Source of the DNA: a virus | Lineage: Duplodnaviria > Caudoviricetes | Length of the DNA: 64,000 nucleotides | Strand: one strand, 5' to 3' | Virus record (IMG/VR): IMGVR_UViG_3300032321_001056 | Location: 1 to 64,000 of that record | In this document: piece by piece, positions 64,000-64,000 of the stretch | Position numbering within the stretch: position 1 is the stretch's first letter | How the letters are laid out: each line of letters opens with the position of its first letter | Program-made: the position numbers and the translations under genes | Notes under the pieces: generated by a model | Database searches by the model: none | What the model was told of the DNA's origin: nothing | The model's input: only the letters and a program-made list of their open reading frames with translations

Positions 64000-64000
64000 T

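Noticed and set aside
1-64000. Stop-codon reassignment (alternative genetic code)
   Set aside because: Core genes are full length and densely packed under the standard code; TAA, TGA and TAG all act as stops

Overview
This 64-kb window is part of a large AT-rich tailed-phage genome, probably a siphovirus. All credible genes lie on the minus strand. The host is most likely an actinobacterium: there are two WhiB genes, an Rpf-like domain and several leaderless-type promoters. In transcription order (right to left) the window holds: (i) a giant tape-measure protein (TMP, >4,870 aa, open at the window edge), then minor tail and tail-fibre genes and a 2OG-Fe(II) oxygenase; (ii) a replication/recombination module (HNH, metallophosphoesterase, MerR-like HTH, WhiB, DnaB, primase, SSB-like protein, nucleotidase, DnaE, RecA, Cas4-like and resolvase-like nucleases) mixed with glycosyltransferases; (iii) terminase small and large subunits with no portal gene following; (iv) about 19 kb of small, mostly acidic unknown ORFs that include WhiB, a circularly permuted GHKL ATPase with an HExxH motif, an SLT transglycosylase, tRNA-Arg(UCU) and nearby structured non-coding elements. 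The most striking feature is the TMP C-terminal ~1,900 aa. It is an in-frame array of cargo modules separated by F-x-x-G-G linkers and bracketed by two copies of an LHGGEY module. The cargo comprises an Rpf-like muralytic domain, a metzincin protease, two tandem Arr-like ADP-ribosyltransferase domains and unknown domains. Two modules start with an identical 35-bp DNA repeat. This suggests the TMP acts as a modular, possibly polymorphic, injected-effector carrier. All domain calls come from reading motifs by eye; no database search was run.
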